A stretch of DNA of 64,000 nt from Candidatus Poriferihabitaceae bacterium. GTDB taxonomy: Bacteria; Pseudomonadota; Gammaproteobacteria; Arenicellales; Poriferihabitantaceae. Location of the stretch: positions 578,739-642,738 of the forward strand of contig OZ243962.1 of assembly GCA_965214625.1 (NCBI GenBank). Reading direction: 5' to 3'. The notes beneath the pieces were generated by a model that was not told the origin of the DNA, did no database searches, and saw nothing but the letters and a program-made list of their open reading frames with translations. Of this stretch, positions 62,645 through 64,000 are shown in pieces. The position numbers and the translations under genes are program-made. How positions within the stretch are numbered: position 1 is the stretch's first letter; each line of letters begins with the position of its first letter.

Positions 62645-63559
62645 ATGTTGACCGCCCACCCCCATCCGGATTCGATGACAACTGCCGGCATCGGACGATC
62701 ACTCTGGCAGGATGCAGGTGATCGTGTCTTGCAAAATCCGGTGGCAATGGCCAGTCTCATCGCATTGATACTGGTCGGCATATTCGCCGTTTTCGGCCCG
62801 ATATTTTCCTCATGGACAAGCGAAGAAATTGACTGGAATGTGCTCGGACAGGTGGACATCGCGGGTCAGCCCTCCCTGCAAACCGGCCATTATTTCGGGA
62901 CCGATCAGTTGGGACGTGATCTTTTTGTGAGAACAGCTTATGGCGTACGTGTCTCCCTGATGGTCGGCATTGTCGGCGCACTGATTGCCATCGTGGTTGG
63001 CACCCTGTATGGTTCCCTTGCAGGTTATATGGGAGGTCACACCGACAATATCATGATGCGAATCGTCGATGTGCTGATGTCGATTCCGTATATGTTTGTC
63101 CTGATCATTCTGCTTGTGATGTTTGGACAGTCGATCATCCTGATTTTTGTGGGTATCGGGCTGGTCTCCTGGCTTGACATGTCACGAATCGTCCGTGGAC
63201 AGACCCTGAGCATCAAGAACCGGGAATATGTCGAAAGTGCGATTGTCATTGGAGTGCCGACACCACGCATCCTGTTCCGCCATGTCCTGCCCAATCTGAT
63301 GGGGGTCGTGATCGTCTATGCGACACTGCTGATTCCCAACATGATCATATTCGAAAGCTTTATCAGCTTTTTGGGGCTGGGCATTCAAGAGCCCAACACG
63401 TCCCTCGGTGTACTGATCAGTGAAGGCGCATCACAAATGCAATATGGCGTACTGTGGCAGCTTGGCTTCCCGCTTGCCTTTTTCATGGTCATCCAATTCG
63501 GTTTTTTCTTTCTCGGAGACGGGATACGCGATGCACTCGATCCAAGAAACCGGAACTGA
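62645..63559 (+). CDS. oppC: Oligopeptide ABC transporter permease
   Basis: HYFGTDQLGRDLF, RIVRGQTLS..NREYVESA and HVLPN motifs. Confidence 0.92.
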   Translation: MLTAHPHPDSMTTAGIGRSLWQDAGDRVLQNPVAMASLIALILVGIFAVFGPIFSSWTSEEIDWNVLGQVDIAGQPSLQTGHYFGTDQLGRDLFVRTAYGVRVSLMVGIVGALIAIVVGTLYGSLAGYMGGHTDNIMMRIVDVLMSIPYMFVLIILLVMFGQSIILIFVGIGLVSWLDMSRIVRGQTLSIKNREYVESAIVIGVPTPRILFRHVLPNLMGVVIVYATLLIPNMIIFESFISFLGLGIQEPNTSLGVLISEGASQMQYGVLWQLGFPLAFFMVIQFGFFFLGDGIRDALDPRNRN

Positions 63560-64000
63560 ATCGGCACTCCTGTCAGTGCGGAACCTCTCGGTCACGTTTC
63601 GGACTCCGACGGGCCCGGTGATAGCCGTTGATGACGTCAATTTCGACATCCATCCCGGGGAGGTGCTGGCTATTGTCGGCGAAAGCGGCTCCGGCAAGAC
63701 CCAGACATCGCTTGCCATCCTCGGCCTGTCCGCCCGCAATGTCACGACAGAAGGTTCGATTTGCTGGAAAAACAAAGAAATTCTCGACTGGCCTGAACAT
63801 CGACTGTCCCGTCTTCGTGCCGAGGAAATTGCCATGGTATTCCAGAACCCGATGACCTCACTCAACCCCTATCTACGCATTTCGACCCAGATGATGGAAG
63901 GGTTGCCGCGAAAAGACAAGATGAGTCGGTCCCAAGCCAGGAAAGCCTGTATTGAAATGCTGCAACACGTTCAGATTTCCGATGCCGAAATCCGGTTCGA
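63531..64000 (+). CDS. oppD: Oligopeptide ABC transporter ATP-binding protein, truncated by the window end (absent from the ORF track)
   Basis: Translates as MHSIQETGTESALLSVRNLSVTF...AVDDVNF...GESGSGKT...MVFQNPMTSLNP. Confidence 0.9.
   Translation, partial: MHSIQETGTESALLSVRNLSVTFRTPTGPVIAVDDVNFDIHPGEVLAIVGESGSGKTQTSLAILGLSARNVTTEGSICWKNKEILDWPEHRLSRLRAEEIAMVFQNPMTSLNPYLRISTQMMEGLPRKDKMSRSQARKACIEMLQHVQISDAEIRF

Overview
This is a 64 kb core-chromosome segment. The gene content and order point to a non-enteric, probably marine gammaproteobacterium (inference). Housekeeping genes: queG, orn, rsmJ, fabI, hrcA, nadK-recN, bamE, dsbC, yajQ, mdh, mltD, a family-4 UDG, pssA-psd-ilvC-ilvH-ilvI, ffh, tsaB, yoaA, rmlCD, grpE-dnaK-dnaJ, erpA and oppABCD (oppD is cut by the window edge). 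Accessory blocks: (1) between the convergent queG and orn genes, an MntA/HepT (type VII) toxin-antitoxin pair flanked by two decayed ISAzo13-family transposase remnants, plus a 5'-truncated MacB-like permease; (2) an orphan tungsten-type aldehyde:ferredoxin oxidoreductase subunit; (3) between hrcA and nadK, a polar amino-acid ABC transporter, a frameshifted type I R-M hsdM remnant, a gamma-glutamylcyclotransferase and a candidate structured RNA; (4) an apparently complete hpsKLM-hpsNOP-like cluster for the organosulfonate DHPS. The hps cluster has no adjacent hpsR or desulfonation genes. It is preceded by a GMC oxidoreductase, a class V PLP enzyme lacking the catalytic Cys, and a 117-bp element bounded by inverted repeats; (5) a reduced Bat operon (DUF4381 plus TPR only). 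I found no rRNA, tRNA or CRISPR array. All family assignments come from reading motifs by eye; no database searches were run.
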